IMG/VR virus record: IMGVR_UViG_3300044787_000021
Location: 1-32,956 of that record
Source: a virus
Lineage: Duplodnaviria; Caudoviricetes
Length of the DNA stretch: 32,956 bases
Reading direction: 5' to 3' (one strand)
The position numbers were made by a program, and so were the translations under genes. Positions within the stretch are counted from its first letter, which is position 1. Every line of letters starts with the position of its first letter. The notes beneath the pieces are model-generated. The model was not told the origin of the DNA. It made no database searches and saw only the letters and a list, made by a program, of their open reading frames with translations. Of this stretch, positions 17,576 through 26,324 are shown piece after piece.

Positions 17576-18850
17576 TCAGTCTTTGCCGAAGTACCGCTCG
17601 GCAAGAGCATGCCGACGCGCGGTTTCGTTTCGATACTTGGGCTTGGCCTGGTCCGTCTCTGTTGGCGTTGGCTTGGCCGGCAGGGCCGGTGGCGCAACAC
17701 TCGCGCTCGCGTTCGTGATGGTCCTGGCGCCCGGAGTTGTTGCGCCTGCTGTGTTTTCCGTCGACGATACGGTCGGTTGAGCTGGGGTAGCGGTGCTGGT
17801 CGCTGATGCCCCTGCGATCTCGTCGCGGAGGGCTTGGTAATGGGTTTCGATGACCTTGGAGTAGTGGTGGAGGAGATCGCTGCCTGGGGTCTTGGGATCG
17901 ACCTCGCCAGCCTTGATGCCGGCTCGGACGGAGTTGAGTAGCAGCTGCGCCGGGGTCGTGCTGTCGAACAGCCGCGCGTGCTTCATCAGCAGCGGGTACT
18001 TCTCGGCGTGCTTGAGCTCTCCGAGCTCGGTGTCGAGCCGGCTCACGTACTCGGCATCGGCGCGCGTCTGCGCCTCGGCTGCGGTCTTCGCCTCGGCGGC
18101 CTTGGTCTGCGCCTCGCGGTCGCGCCTGTCGCGCTCGATGAGCAGACGGTTGCGCTCCGTTCCGATCTCCGCGCGCTTGCCCGCGTCGAGGGGCATCTTG
18201 AGCTCGTGCTCGGTCCAGAGCGCGTAGTTGCCAGCCATGATCCGATCGACGTCCGGCGATGCCGCGTCCTTGATGCCCGCGTTGAGCGCGACGAGCTTAC
18301 GCAGCGAGCCCATGAAGTCGGTAGTGAGGTCACGCTCGATCTCGTGGAGCGCCTTGGTACGCTCGTCCGGCTCTGCCGCTCCGCTGGTCTTGTGCTTCTC
18401 GATCTCCGCCACGAGCCGCTTGTTGGCCTCGGCGAGCCGGTTCGCGCGCGCCGTGAGCTCGGTGTCCGCCGCAGGCTTGGGATCCGCGACGGCGGGGGCC
18501 GCCTTCGCTTCCGGGGTGGCCGCAGCTGCCGCGCCGACGCCAGCGACCGCGGGTTCCTCCGGCTTGGGCGCGGACACGCCGTCCTTGCCGCGCACGTCGC
18601 CGTGCTCGTCGAGGTTGCGGAGCATCGCGCGCTGGTGCTCGGTGAAGGAGCGGCCCTGCGGTGGTGTGGACGAGCGGACCGTGCTGACCTCGTTATCGTC
18701 GCGCTTATCGGGGGCGTCGCGCTTATCGGGGGAGGCGACGACCGAGCCATGCCGGATCTTGACGGTCTCGTGCCCGCGCGGAGCCGGTGCTGGGGCGGCG
18801 GCAGCTGGGGCGGCGGTCGATTCGGTGCTGGTGGCAGGTGCGTCGGACAT
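17576..18850 (-). CDS. Capsid scaffolding protein (424 aa)
   Basis: Between portal and capsid. Disordered A/P/E-rich N-terminus, coiled-coil middle, TITNASAS...RRHALAERYF C-terminus. Confidence 0.75.
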   Translation of the reverse strand: MSDAPATSTESTAAPAAAAPAPAPRGHETVKIRHGSVVASPDKRDAPDKRDDNEVSTVRSSTPPQGRSFTEHQRAMLRNLDEHGDVRGKDGVSAPKPEEPAVAGVGAAAAATPEAKAAPAVADPKPAADTELTARANRLAEANKRLVAEIEKHKTSGAAEPDERTKALHEIERDLTTDFMGSLRKLVALNAGIKDAASPDVDRIMAGNYALWTEHELKMPLDAGKRAEIGTERNRLLIERDRRDREAQTKAAEAKTAAEAQTRADAEYVSRLDTELGELKHAEKYPLLMKHARLFDSTTPAQLLLNSVRAGIKAGEVDPKTPGSDLLHHYSKVIETHYQALRDEIAGASATSTATPAQPTVSSTENTAGATTPGARTITNASASVAPPALPAKPTPTETDQAKPKYRNETARRHALAERYFGKD

Positions 18851-18860
18851 GGGATCCTGG

Positions 18861-20852
18861 TCAGGCCGCCATCATCTGAGGCGGGACAGCGCCGATGGGC
18901 GGCGGTGGTGGGATGGGGCCGGACGGCATCATTGGGATGCCCCCGGGAAGCGGCTGCGCCATGCCCGGCGGTGGCGGTGGGCCACCGGGCGGGACGCCCA
19001 TAGACGCGGGGTCCGGCTGGGCAGCAGGCGGCGGGTTCTTCTTTTTGAGCTCGTAGACGACGAGATCCGCGTAGTCGCGGAATCGCGTCTCGATCTCCGG
19101 TGGCGCGCCCTCGACCTGGGCCCAGTTGTAGAACGCGGTGGCGATCTTGAGCTCGAGGTCCAGGTCGTTGTATTGCTCCGGGATCGGAGCGATCTCGTCC
19201 TCGTCGGCGAGCAGATCCATCTTGCGCAGGCAGTTACGGAACGGGGCGAGCACGATACGATTCGCCTCGCTGAGGTCCGGATCGTCGAGCATCAGCGTGG
19301 GGACCATCCACTGCGGGATCACGCCAGCCTTGGCGAGCTGCTCGACCACCGAAAGCTTGCCGGCTCTGGTGTCGGGAAGGAAGCCGATCGGCTCGATGCG
19401 GAGCCGGTAGTCGCCATCCTTGAGCTGGACCTTGCTGTAGTCGAGCTGCGCGATGGCGTCGCGCCCCTTCCAGCTCACAGCGACCCAGGACTTCTTCTCG
19501 CCCTTGCGCTCGAGCCGGCGCCGCGCCGTACGTGCGCTCGCGTCGATGTAGCGCTGCGCGGATTCGAGCCGGTACCGCGCATAGTTCGCCTGCGGCATCC
19601 TGAAGCGGTCGCTGTCGATGTCGTACTGCGTGTCGAGCGCTGCGCCAGATGCGCCGGCCCCGAGTGGGGAGCGACTCTCGGCGTTTGCCTGCGAGACTCC
19701 GCTCATCTTGAACATGTAGTCGATGAACTTATCCAGCGCGCTCATCTGCGCGACGTTGTACGGCTGAGGCGCGTTCCATTGCGGTGGCTGGCCGCCCTTG
19801 TACTTGAGTTTGAACGGCGCCATCCCAGACAACATCTCCGTCGGGATGTCATTCGCCTCGTTGACCATGAAGAACCCGCGACCGGTCGCCGCGAGATTCA
19901 GTTGGATGTCGCGGACGATCTTGTTGACCTCATGCTGAAGGTCCGCGAGCTGGTCAACGAACCCCTCGGGGTAAAGGCCTCGAGGTGGCTTGCCGAGCTG
20001 GAAGCATGCCCACGGGAATCGCGGCTCGTGCCACTCCTCGCTGACCAGCGTACCGTGCTCGCCGGTGACGTCGATGCAGAGCACGTGTCGCCCGTTCTCG
20101 CTGTCGCGCATCGTCGGCGGATGCCACGCGGTCCACGTGTCGACGTAGTCATCGAGATCGCCGAGCCGCGGGCCATCACCGTCAAGCTCAGTGTCGTCCG
20201 GCCGTCGGATAGACGGTGGAGCGAGATTGAGGATCGCGTCCTTCGCGTGCGGGAACATCTCGGCGAGGTGATCGCGAGCGACACGGCGGATCCGGATCGC
20301 CTGCTGCGGCTTGCCGTACTTGCACTCGCGGCGATCGAACAGCAAATCGTTGACCGGGATCCGCTCGGCGAAGATCGAATTGTCGGTGTCGTCGATCCAG
20401 GTGAAGCCGATGCCCAGCTGCGTCCCGTCGTCGAGCGCCCACCGCGACAGGTCGTCGAACTCGGTCTCGAGCATCTGCCCGACGATGAACTCGCGGAATT
20501 TCTGGCCACGCCGCTTCAGCTTCCACTCCGAGTCCGTGGTCACGATGCCCGGCATCGGCCGGTCCTTCGAGAGCCGAGAGCTGAAGGTGTCGCAGATCGC
20601 CTTCACCACGTTGAGTCGCGCGACGCCATAGCCGCCGTGGTCTAGGTGTGCGAGCGCGGCGCGGTTACGCTGCAGGCCCACGCCGCGGTAGATGCGCTCG
20701 CGGGTCAGGTTGCGGCGATGGAAGTTGCTCTCGAGCGAGAGCAACGTGCGCCCGTGGCTGACTACGTGCTCATGGACCGGAGCGCCGACGGGAAGCTGCC
20801 ACCAGTGCTCGTCGCGCTGGATAACACGCTGCTGTCGTCTCGATGGGGCCAT
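18861..20852 (-). CDS. Portal protein (P22-like), 663 aa
   Basis: Position after the terminase, size, LNVVKAICDTFSSRL, LADLQHEVNK, MSGVSQANA...SGAAL motifs, and Pro/Gly/Met-rich tail. Confidence 0.88.
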   Translation of the reverse strand: MAPSRRQQRVIQRDEHWWQLPVGAPVHEHVVSHGRTLLSLESNFHRRNLTRERIYRGVGLQRNRAALAHLDHGGYGVARLNVVKAICDTFSSRLSKDRPMPGIVTTDSEWKLKRRGQKFREFIVGQMLETEFDDLSRWALDDGTQLGIGFTWIDDTDNSIFAERIPVNDLLFDRRECKYGKPQQAIRIRRVARDHLAEMFPHAKDAILNLAPPSIRRPDDTELDGDGPRLGDLDDYVDTWTAWHPPTMRDSENGRHVLCIDVTGEHGTLVSEEWHEPRFPWACFQLGKPPRGLYPEGFVDQLADLQHEVNKIVRDIQLNLAATGRGFFMVNEANDIPTEMLSGMAPFKLKYKGGQPPQWNAPQPYNVAQMSALDKFIDYMFKMSGVSQANAESRSPLGAGASGAALDTQYDIDSDRFRMPQANYARYRLESAQRYIDASARTARRRLERKGEKKSWVAVSWKGRDAIAQLDYSKVQLKDGDYRLRIEPIGFLPDTRAGKLSVVEQLAKAGVIPQWMVPTLMLDDPDLSEANRIVLAPFRNCLRKMDLLADEDEIAPIPEQYNDLDLELKIATAFYNWAQVEGAPPEIETRFRDYADLVVYELKKKNPPPAAQPDPASMGVPPGGPPPPPGMAQPLPGGIPMMPSGPIPPPPPIGAVPPQMMAA

Positions 20853-20895
20853 GGGATCGCATTGCGACCCCTCGGCTTGTTGAGGTACCTATGTG

Positions 20896-20935
20896 GATCC
20901 GAGCACATCGCTCGGAGTATTGCAAGCGTGATTAC
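20896..20935 (-). promoter_or_regulatory. Copy 2 of repeated motif GTAA-N3-CGCTTGCA-N11-GATGTGCTCGGATC, candidate late promoter
   Basis: Intergenic, upstream of the portal gene. Matches 11850-11889 and contains the inverted repeat TCCGAGC-N5-GCTCGGA. Confidence 0.55.
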
Positions 20936-20942
20936 ACGCTGG

Positions 20943-21140
20943 TCAGCGGCGGACGGGAAGCTTCGTTGGATGGTGCGCCGCGGCGTGCTGGCGCTCGGGT
21001 AGCCGGGTGGCGCCGGCCGCCTTGTCCGCAGCCGCGTAGTCGCGCCCGACGCTCTGCGGGATCCCGGCGTGCCGCGCGAACCCCGGGTCATTAGCGACGG
21101 CTTCCATGAGCCGGTGCTGCGCCTTGCTCCGCGACGGCAT
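20943..21140 (-). CDS. Small conserved phage protein (65 aa)
   Basis: ATG 21140 in a TGATG overlap. MPSRSKAQHRLMEAVANDPGFARHAGIPQSVGRDY resembles a small protein often found near phage head genes (recalled, not searched). Confidence 0.75.
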   Translation of the reverse strand: MPSRSKAQHRLMEAVANDPGFARHAGIPQSVGRDYAAADKAAGATRLPERQHAAAHHPTKLPVRR

Positions 21141-21292
21141 CAGTAGCCCTTCGGCTTCATCGGCGGCGGCATCATCGGGTGGTGCGCGGCCTTGTGCTTC
21201 CGAGGCGGGTGCATCGTCGGCTTGCATTCGGGGGCCGGGTGGATGCGCGGTGGCGCGTCGTTGTCGCCATCGGGGTCTTTGCGTGGGGTCAT
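21140..21292 (-). CDS. Small Pro/His/Lys-rich hypothetical protein (50 aa)
   Basis: Manual translation MTPRKDPDGDNDAPPRIHPAPECKPTMHPPRKHKAAHHPMMPPPMKPKGY fills the gap and its stop overlaps the next start. Confidence 0.55.
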   Translation of the reverse strand: MTPRKDPDGDNDAPPRIHPAPECKPTMHPPRKHKAAHHPMMPPPMKPKGY

Positions 21293-21301
21293 ACCCACAG
21301 A

Positions 21302-21601
21302 CTACCCGCCGTCGTCCAGGCCGTCACGCGGCTTGTAGCCGTGCTCCTCCCAGATGTCGGACTTGTCGGGCGCAGGATCGCCGGTGAGGCCCTCGCGTTT
21401 GCGTTGCCGGATGTCGACGATCTGCATCACGAGCTTGCCGACTCGGAGCATCGGGCCGACCACGTAGCCCTTGCGTCTGCAGAACTCTAGGAGCTGAATG
21501 GCGTCGGCGAGGTCGGTGTTCTCCGCTGGCATCGGCAACGGGTCGCCATCGGCGTCGGTCTCGACGGGGCCAGGTGGGAGCGGTCGGCTGGAGTCGGTCA
21601 C
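21302..21601 (-). CDS. Hypothetical protein (99 aa)
   Basis: GTGA overlap with the upstream gene and protein-like composition. Confidence 0.65.
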   Translation of the reverse strand: MTDSSRPLPPGPVETDADGDPLPMPAENTDLADAIQLLEFCRRKGYVVGPMLRVGKLVMQIVDIRQRKREGLTGDPAPDKSDIWEEHGYKPRDGLDDGG

Positions 21602-21771
21602 TTCGGATCCTCGCAGATGGGGACTTCTCCGACCCTGTACAGGTGCATCATCCCGTCGCGCAGTAACGCCCGGTCATGTACGTGGTCGGCTCCGTTGAGC
21701 ATCATGGTCCGGCACGCTTCGCACTTCATGGCATATCCGCGAATCGTCGCCGTATACTCGTCGTTCACCAT
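21598..21771 (-). CDS. Small CxxC-containing hypothetical protein (57 aa)
   Basis: Manual translation MVNDEYTATIRGYAMKCEACRTMMLNGADHVHDRALLRDGMMHLYRVGEVPICEDPK. Overlaps the terminase stop and the next start. Confidence 0.55.
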   Translation of the reverse strand: MVNDEYTATIRGYAMKCEACRTMMLNGADHVHDRALLRDGMMHLYRVGEVPICEDPK

Positions 21772-23573
21772 TCGTATCCCTCCTGGCTCTTGTACTCCTC
21801 GGCGAGCTCGTCGGCATCGAGTAGACGCTCTTGGAGCTTGGCCTCGCGCTTGTCGAGGTCCATCTCTTCGCGCTCGGCCTCGGCCATGAGCGCTGCGCGC
21901 GAGCCGGCAGCGGGCCGCTCCTGGCCGATCTTCGAGAGGTAGTGGGTGAGCGCCGCGAATCCATAGCGTCCGGCGTCGGCGCAGTGGTCCCCGTGGACCA
22001 CGCCAGCGACCGAGCGGTGCTTGTGGACCTGGCGTGGCTTTCCCGGCGCGGTGGGCAGGTACACGAGATGTTTCATCTCGGTGTAGAGCGGCGAGCCGTC
22101 GCGTAGGTGCACGAGGCCTCGTCGGATGTCACCGGCCAGCAACTCCTCGAGCGTGTTCTTGCCTGCCTTGTTCGCTTCTTCGAGTGGCAGGTTGAGTCGG
22201 CGCTGCCACTCCGCGAAGTCGCTCGCCTTGCCCGCCGAGTCGCCGCCGAACGAGACGATCGCCGGCTCGACCTCCCACAACAGCTTGATGTACCTCGCCT
22301 GATCGTCGCTGTGAATTCCCGTCTGCTTCCACGAAAACATCTCGTAGACGTCGTGCAGCGTCGGCGTGAACGCCCACATCACCGCAGCGAACGGGTCGGG
22401 GTGAAATCCGAAGTCGAACCACAGCGAGTAGAGCCATTTGTGCTGACGCCGATCGCGTCCCACGAACGGCAGGTCCAGCACCGCGGCGTGGTGATCGTAC
22501 CAGGGCGGATGTCCATCGAATCGCGGATCACTTCCGACGAGCGGGTTGTTGGCGAGGCGTTGCGGCGCGAACAGCAGCGAGGTCTTGGTGCACGCGTGGA
22601 CCGGGTAGACGTACCGCGCGTCGCCCTTGACCCACATGCCGCGCTGCTCGCGGAGAAAATCCGGCTCGTCTCCCTTCCAGTTGTTCTCCTTGAGCGCGAG
22701 GCCGGCGGTGTTGGCCTCGCGGACCTCCACGGCGGCATGCTCGGCCTCGTCGCGTGAGACGAACGGGCCGGTGCGGATTCCGACGTTGTCTTGGACCCAA
22801 TAGCCGTCGTCGGTCTGAACGACGGCGCCGAAGAACGGGTTGTGCGTCGACGCGATGACGTGCACGTCCCAGTTCGGCAGGCGCTCGTCTTCTTCCTCCT
22901 TGGTGATCTCATAGAACAGGCCCGCACAGTCCTTGCCCGGCGTGCCGGTGACCCAGCATTCGCCCTGCGTGTCGGTGAGGCTACCGACGACGACGGCCGA
23001 GTAGAACTCCTCGAGATACGGGAAGTCCTGCGCCTCGTCGACCCATATCACGTGCTTCGCCACGCCGCGCATGTCGGTGTGGTCGCTAAGCGAGTCGGCG
23101 CCAATGAGCTCGATCTGCGAGCCGTTGCTGAAGTCGAGGATCAGGTCTCCGTCACGGACCTCGATGAGCACTCCGCCGAGCTTGTACGCCGCCGCGGCGT
23201 GTCGGTGCGGGACCTGCTCGCCCTCTTTGCGGAGCAAGTCCCAGAACCCCGACTTGGTGTCGTTCTCCCAGGCCCGCTTCCGCGCGTTCTTGAGCGTGTC
23301 GGTGGCGTATGTGCCGCGCCATCCCGGCTGCTCAAGCGAGCGCGCGACGAACTCACGGACCCCGCCAGCGGTCGCTCCGGCGCGTCTGGTCTTCTTCGTC
23401 GCCCGCTTCCTTCGAGCCAGATCGCGGGCGTAGAGCTGGCGCTGCTGCGGGTAGAGCGGAGCACGCAGCCAGGTCGCGGCTTCCTGCGCATCGGGTCCGT
23501 CCTGCGTGATAGCGACCGGGCGCCGTCGCGCCAGCTCGCGCAGCGCAGCCATGCCGGGGCGACGCAGTTCCAT
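21765..23573 (-). CDS. terL: Terminase large subunit (602 aa)
   Basis: YPQQ adenine-binding motif, Walker A variant KTRRAGAT, FSNGSQIELIGAD, Walker B WVDEAQD, coupling motif VTGTPG, RNase H-like FDFGFHPDP and DHCADAGRY. Confidence 0.93.
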   Translation of the reverse strand: MELRRPGMAALRELARRRPVAITQDGPDAQEAATWLRAPLYPQQRQLYARDLARRKRATKKTRRAGATAGGVREFVARSLEQPGWRGTYATDTLKNARKRAWENDTKSGFWDLLRKEGEQVPHRHAAAAYKLGGVLIEVRDGDLILDFSNGSQIELIGADSLSDHTDMRGVAKHVIWVDEAQDFPYLEEFYSAVVVGSLTDTQGECWVTGTPGKDCAGLFYEITKEEEDERLPNWDVHVIASTHNPFFGAVVQTDDGYWVQDNVGIRTGPFVSRDEAEHAAVEVREANTAGLALKENNWKGDEPDFLREQRGMWVKGDARYVYPVHACTKTSLLFAPQRLANNPLVGSDPRFDGHPPWYDHHAAVLDLPFVGRDRRQHKWLYSLWFDFGFHPDPFAAVMWAFTPTLHDVYEMFSWKQTGIHSDDQARYIKLLWEVEPAIVSFGGDSAGKASDFAEWQRRLNLPLEEANKAGKNTLEELLAGDIRRGLVHLRDGSPLYTEMKHLVYLPTAPGKPRQVHKHRSVAGVVHGDHCADAGRYGFAALTHYLSKIGQERPAAGSRAALMAEAEREEMDLDKREAKLQERLLDADELAEEYKSQEGYEW

Positions 23574-23576
23574 TTG

Positions 23577-24140
23577 CTACTCGTCGTGCGGGCTGCGGCG
23601 GACGTCGGGCGGTGTCAGGTTCGAGAGGTTGAGCGCGAGCTCGCCGAGATCGACGATCTCGAGGTCACCAGCGTCGACGCCAGCGAGCAACCACTCCACG
23701 ATCTCCAGCCACACGGTCTCCTCGCCCTTCGCCATCGCCGCCTGGCCCTTGCTGAGCGTCTCGTATGGCGCGGTCAGGCGGATCACGCGGTCGACCGGCG
23801 GCGGTTCACCTGGGTGATCCTCGCGCCACTTCCGCAGCGCGCGCGCCATCGCGACGCCCTCGATGATCCACGGTCCGGGCTCGTCGAGCCACTCGCTCGC
23901 CAGCCGCGATGCCTCGGACCAGCCATCCTTGCCGAGGTGAGCGGTCTGCTCGATTAGGTCGTCGGTATGGCGGAGCCTGATGTCTTCTGGGAGCCACGCA
24001 TCGCACCTGACCGCGTGCATGCCATAGGTGCGCCCATCGACTACTCGGAAGCCATCGCAGTTGCAGCGGACGAGCTCTAATACTGCTACTGCATGCGTCG
24101 TTTTGCCCGTGCGCGGGCCGCCGCAGATCACGATCCTCAT
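23577..24140 (-). CDS. P-loop NTPase, nucleotide-kinase-like (187 aa)
   Basis: MRIVICGGPRTGKTT Walker A at the N-terminus, then HTDD, WIIEG and DRVIRL, the layout of adenylate-kinase/FlaR-like proteins. Confidence 0.75.
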   Translation of the reverse strand: MRIVICGGPRTGKTTHAVAVLELVRCNCDGFRVVDGRTYGMHAVRCDAWLPEDIRLRHTDDLIEQTAHLGKDGWSEASRLASEWLDEPGPWIIEGVAMARALRKWREDHPGEPPPVDRVIRLTAPYETLSKGQAAMAKGEETVWLEIVEWLLAGVDAGDLEIVDLGELALNLSNLTPPDVRRSPHDE

Positions 24141-24310
24141 CGCTCAAACCTCCACCCTCTCGCCAAGCAGATCGCCTCGCGAATGTCATCGCGCTCGCGC
24201 TGTGGCTGGTCCTCGAGCTGCGACTTTGCGTACGCGATCTCGAGTACCTTGATCGCGAAGTCGCCTGCGATATCGGTGCTCGGACCGCCGCAGATCACGA
24301 TCCGGGTCAT
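24137..24310 (-). CDS. Small hypothetical protein (57 aa) sharing its N-terminus with the downstream P-loop gene
   Basis: Manual translation MTRIVICGGPSTDIAGDFAIKVLEIAYAKSQLEDQPQRERDDIREAICLARGWRFER with ATGA overlaps at both ends. Confidence 0.6.
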   Translation of the reverse strand: MTRIVICGGPSTDIAGDFAIKVLEIAYAKSQLEDQPQRERDDIREAICLARGWRFER

Positions 24311-24522
24311 GGCTTGTACTTCATGACCACGCGCAGCAGCGGGTGATCGGAGAGCTGCACGCTCAGCAGCTTGTCGATCGCCTCGCCCTCCTCTGGCGTT
24401 GCATGCTTCCGGCAGGGAGGTCCTCCACTCGCGAACGCGGAGTAGCAGCCGCCGCAGGTTGCGTCGCCATTACTGACTTCACTTCGAGCGCGGACCTCTT
24501 CCCATGTGAGCGCAAGGGTCAC
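24307..24522 (-). CDS. Small Cys/His (zinc-finger-like) protein (71 aa)
   Basis: GTGA overlap start. CGGC...CRKH motif. Confidence 0.55.
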   Translation of the reverse strand: MTLALTWEEVRARSEVSNGDATCGGCYSAFASGGPPCRKHATPEEGEAIDKLLSVQLSDHPLLRVVMKYKP

Positions 24523-24809
24523 GGCTTCCCCTTCGCGTCCTCGACCTGCGGAGCGCTCGCCAGCGGCTCGCTCGTGAAGGTCGTGAGCTTGTCGTAGTCC
24601 TCGGGTTTCATGCCGTCCCACGAGAGCCAGCACGCGCTGCGCGAAACCTCGTAACCGGGGCCGGTGGGTGGGAGCAACACGATCGCAGGGCCGCGGACCA
24701 GGACGCGCCACTCGTGCACAACCACGACGGGGCGCTGCAGATTGATCTCGCGGATCATCTGCAGAGCTCGGGGCCGAATCTCCGGAAGTACGACGCGTAG
24801 CAGTTTCAT
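24519..24809 (-). CDS. Hypothetical protein (96 aa)
   Basis: ATGA overlap with the GNAT stop, GGAG SD, MKLLRVVLPEI start. Confidence 0.65.
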   Translation of the reverse strand: MKLLRVVLPEIRPRALQMIREINLQRPVVVVHEWRVLVRGPAIVLLPPTGPGYEVSRSACWLSWDGMKPEDYDKLTTFTSEPLASAPQVEDAKGKP

Positions 24810-25351
24810 TTGCTCCACTCCTTGTAGGGCACATGCGACACCGTGGAGCCGTGGCCTCGGAGCCAGTCAGCGATCCACAGGTCGGCCTGCACGTGGCCGC
24901 GGTTGTGCGGCTTGGCCCCCTCGTGCGTGTAGACGATGTTGCCGCGCAAGTGCGCGGCCTCGATGAGCGCGGCCATCACGCCGATCGACGCGAAGCCATG
25001 CGACCGCGCGCGCCGGTACTGGTGGGTCACATAGATCCAGTGGATGGTGTCGATTGACGGCCAGCGCGACCACGCCAGCCAGCCCACGCCCCGGCCTGGC
25101 ACCGCGCCGTCACAGACCAGCACGTGCGTGTCGGACCTGGCGATGGCCGTGCGCAGCGTCGGCACCACGAGCTCCTTGTAGGCGGCCCACGTCATGCGGT
25201 CGCAGCGCCGCGATCCCTTGTAGCTCTGCGACCAACTGTGCAGCACCCAAGGCAACTCGTCGGCCCGCATCGCGCGCACGTGCGGCACGAAGGTCGGCGG
25301 TGGCGCCACGGTGAACACCGCGCGCCGCGGGATGGTGAGCTCGACGGTCAC
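24806..25351 (-). CDS. GNAT-family acetyltransferase-like protein (181 aa)
   Basis: VRAMRADELPWV...GVGWLAW...IHWIYVTHQYRRA...GVMAALI follows the GNAT beta1/beta4-motif A pattern, with a short insertion in the acetyl-CoA loop. Confidence 0.7.
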   Translation of the reverse strand: MTVELTIPRRAVFTVAPPPTFVPHVRAMRADELPWVLHSWSQSYKGSRRCDRMTWAAYKELVVPTLRTAIARSDTHVLVCDGAVPGRGVGWLAWSRWPSIDTIHWIYVTHQYRRARSHGFASIGVMAALIEAAHLRGNIVYTHEGAKPHNRGHVQADLWIADWLRGHGSTVSHVPYKEWSK

Positions 25352-25644
25352 CTCAGCATCTCCTCGTGCAACCGGTCCAAAGCCGCGCGCCAGCGCTTCT
25401 CGCAGGGCTCGAGCATCTTGCGAGCCGCGTCGAGGTCGATCGCCGCGGCCTTGAGTTCGGCGTACGCAGCAGCTTCCGCGGTGCCAGCTGGGCCGACTGT
25501 CGCGTGTCGTCTAGTGGATGGCGAGAACACCGTGCTCGGCCCCGGCGCATCCTCCGGATCATCGACGTCGCACGAGCATTTCACGTCCTCGGCGCCGGCA
25601 TACATCACGAGGTCGCAGAGCGAGTTGTTGGGGTTGTGCTTCAC
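25348..25644 (-). CDS. Hypothetical protein (98 aa)
   Basis: GTGA overlaps at both ends. H-C-CxC N-terminus and helical C-terminus. Confidence 0.55.
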   Translation of the reverse strand: MKHNPNNSLCDLVMYAGAEDVKCSCDVDDPEDAPGPSTVFSPSTRRHATVGPAGTAEAAAYAELKAAAIDLDAARKMLEPCEKRWRAALDRLHEEMLR

Positions 25645-26324
25645 GTGGTCTCCTGGGGCCAGTCGTAGTCGAGCGAAGCCACGGCAGCCGCCGCAGGTTG
25701 CGTCGTGGGCGGCGAGACCGATGGAGGGGCGGTCCCAGCGGCGCTCACGCCTGCGGCGGCTGGCAGCGAACTGGGCGCGTCCGAGTCGATGAGCCCCGCG
25801 AGGAGCTCCATCTGCGCGGTGAGGTTGCCGAGCTCTTCGACCGCGACGCCATCGAGGATCCACACGAGCGCTGCGCAGGTCGCCGCCTGCAGGCCAGGCT
25901 CCTTGCTCTCGCGGGGCCCCGCGACGTTGAGCACGGCGACATGGTTGCCGTGCAGCCAGTCGAGCAGCGTGCCGCGCAGCGCTGGTGTCACCTGTCCCCG
26001 GCCCCGCGGAAGCACGAGATGCTTGCACGGCTTGCGCTGGCGCTTGCACTCGCGCGCCGTGAAGTCGCTGCCGCCCGTGAGCTTCTCGGCGTACGACACG
26101 ATGAGCGTGGCGTCGCTGTCCTGGACGTTGAGACGCGTTCTGATTCCGTACTCGCGGCTCGAGCTCTGGCGCATCTTGGACGCGTAGATCTCCGGGACGC
26201 GGCCATCCTCGGCCTTGTAGTCGGCGGTGGCCCAGCCGCCATAGCTCAGCCCGAGCCGGATCGCTGCGTCCATAGCGCCGCGATCCGATCCGGTCTGCCC
26301 GCCCGAGACGATGGTGATGGTCAT
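25641..26324 (-). CDS. SLOG-superfamily protein (cpYpsA / 'putative molybdenum carrier' family), 227 aa
   Basis: IVSGGQTGSDRGAMDAA...GGW...AEDG...RTRLNVQDSDATL...LTGGS...LNVAGPRESKEPG are the hallmark motifs of this family. Confidence 0.9.
   Translation of the reverse strand: MTITIVSGGQTGSDRGAMDAAIRLGLSYGGWATADYKAEDGRVPEIYASKMRQSSSREYGIRTRLNVQDSDATLIVSYAEKLTGGSDFTARECKRQRKPCKHLVLPRGRGQVTPALRGTLLDWLHGNHVAVLNVAGPRESKEPGLQAATCAALVWILDGVAVEELGNLTAQMELLAGLIDSDAPSSLPAAAGVSAAGTAPPSVSPPTTQPAAAAVASLDYDWPQETT

Noticed and set aside
18698-18731. 18-nt-period tandem repeat (PDKRD x2) in the scaffold gene
   Set aside because: Ordinary slippage duplication in a disordered region.
18228-20645. 805-aa plus-strand ORF and many other long antisense or alternative-frame ORFs
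   Set aside because: Shadow ORFs of high-GC coding sequence. They overlap well-supported minus-strand genes and have no motifs.
20896-20935. Sigma54 promoter reading of the TTGCA motif
   Set aside because: The invariant GG at -24 is absent in both copies.
23365-23400. Terminase Walker A reads GAT instead of GKT, suggesting a dead ATPase
   Set aside because: KTRRAGAT fits the known deviant terminase Walker A with an N-terminal lysine (KSRQIGAT / lambda KSARVGYS type). Walker B and the coupling motif are intact.
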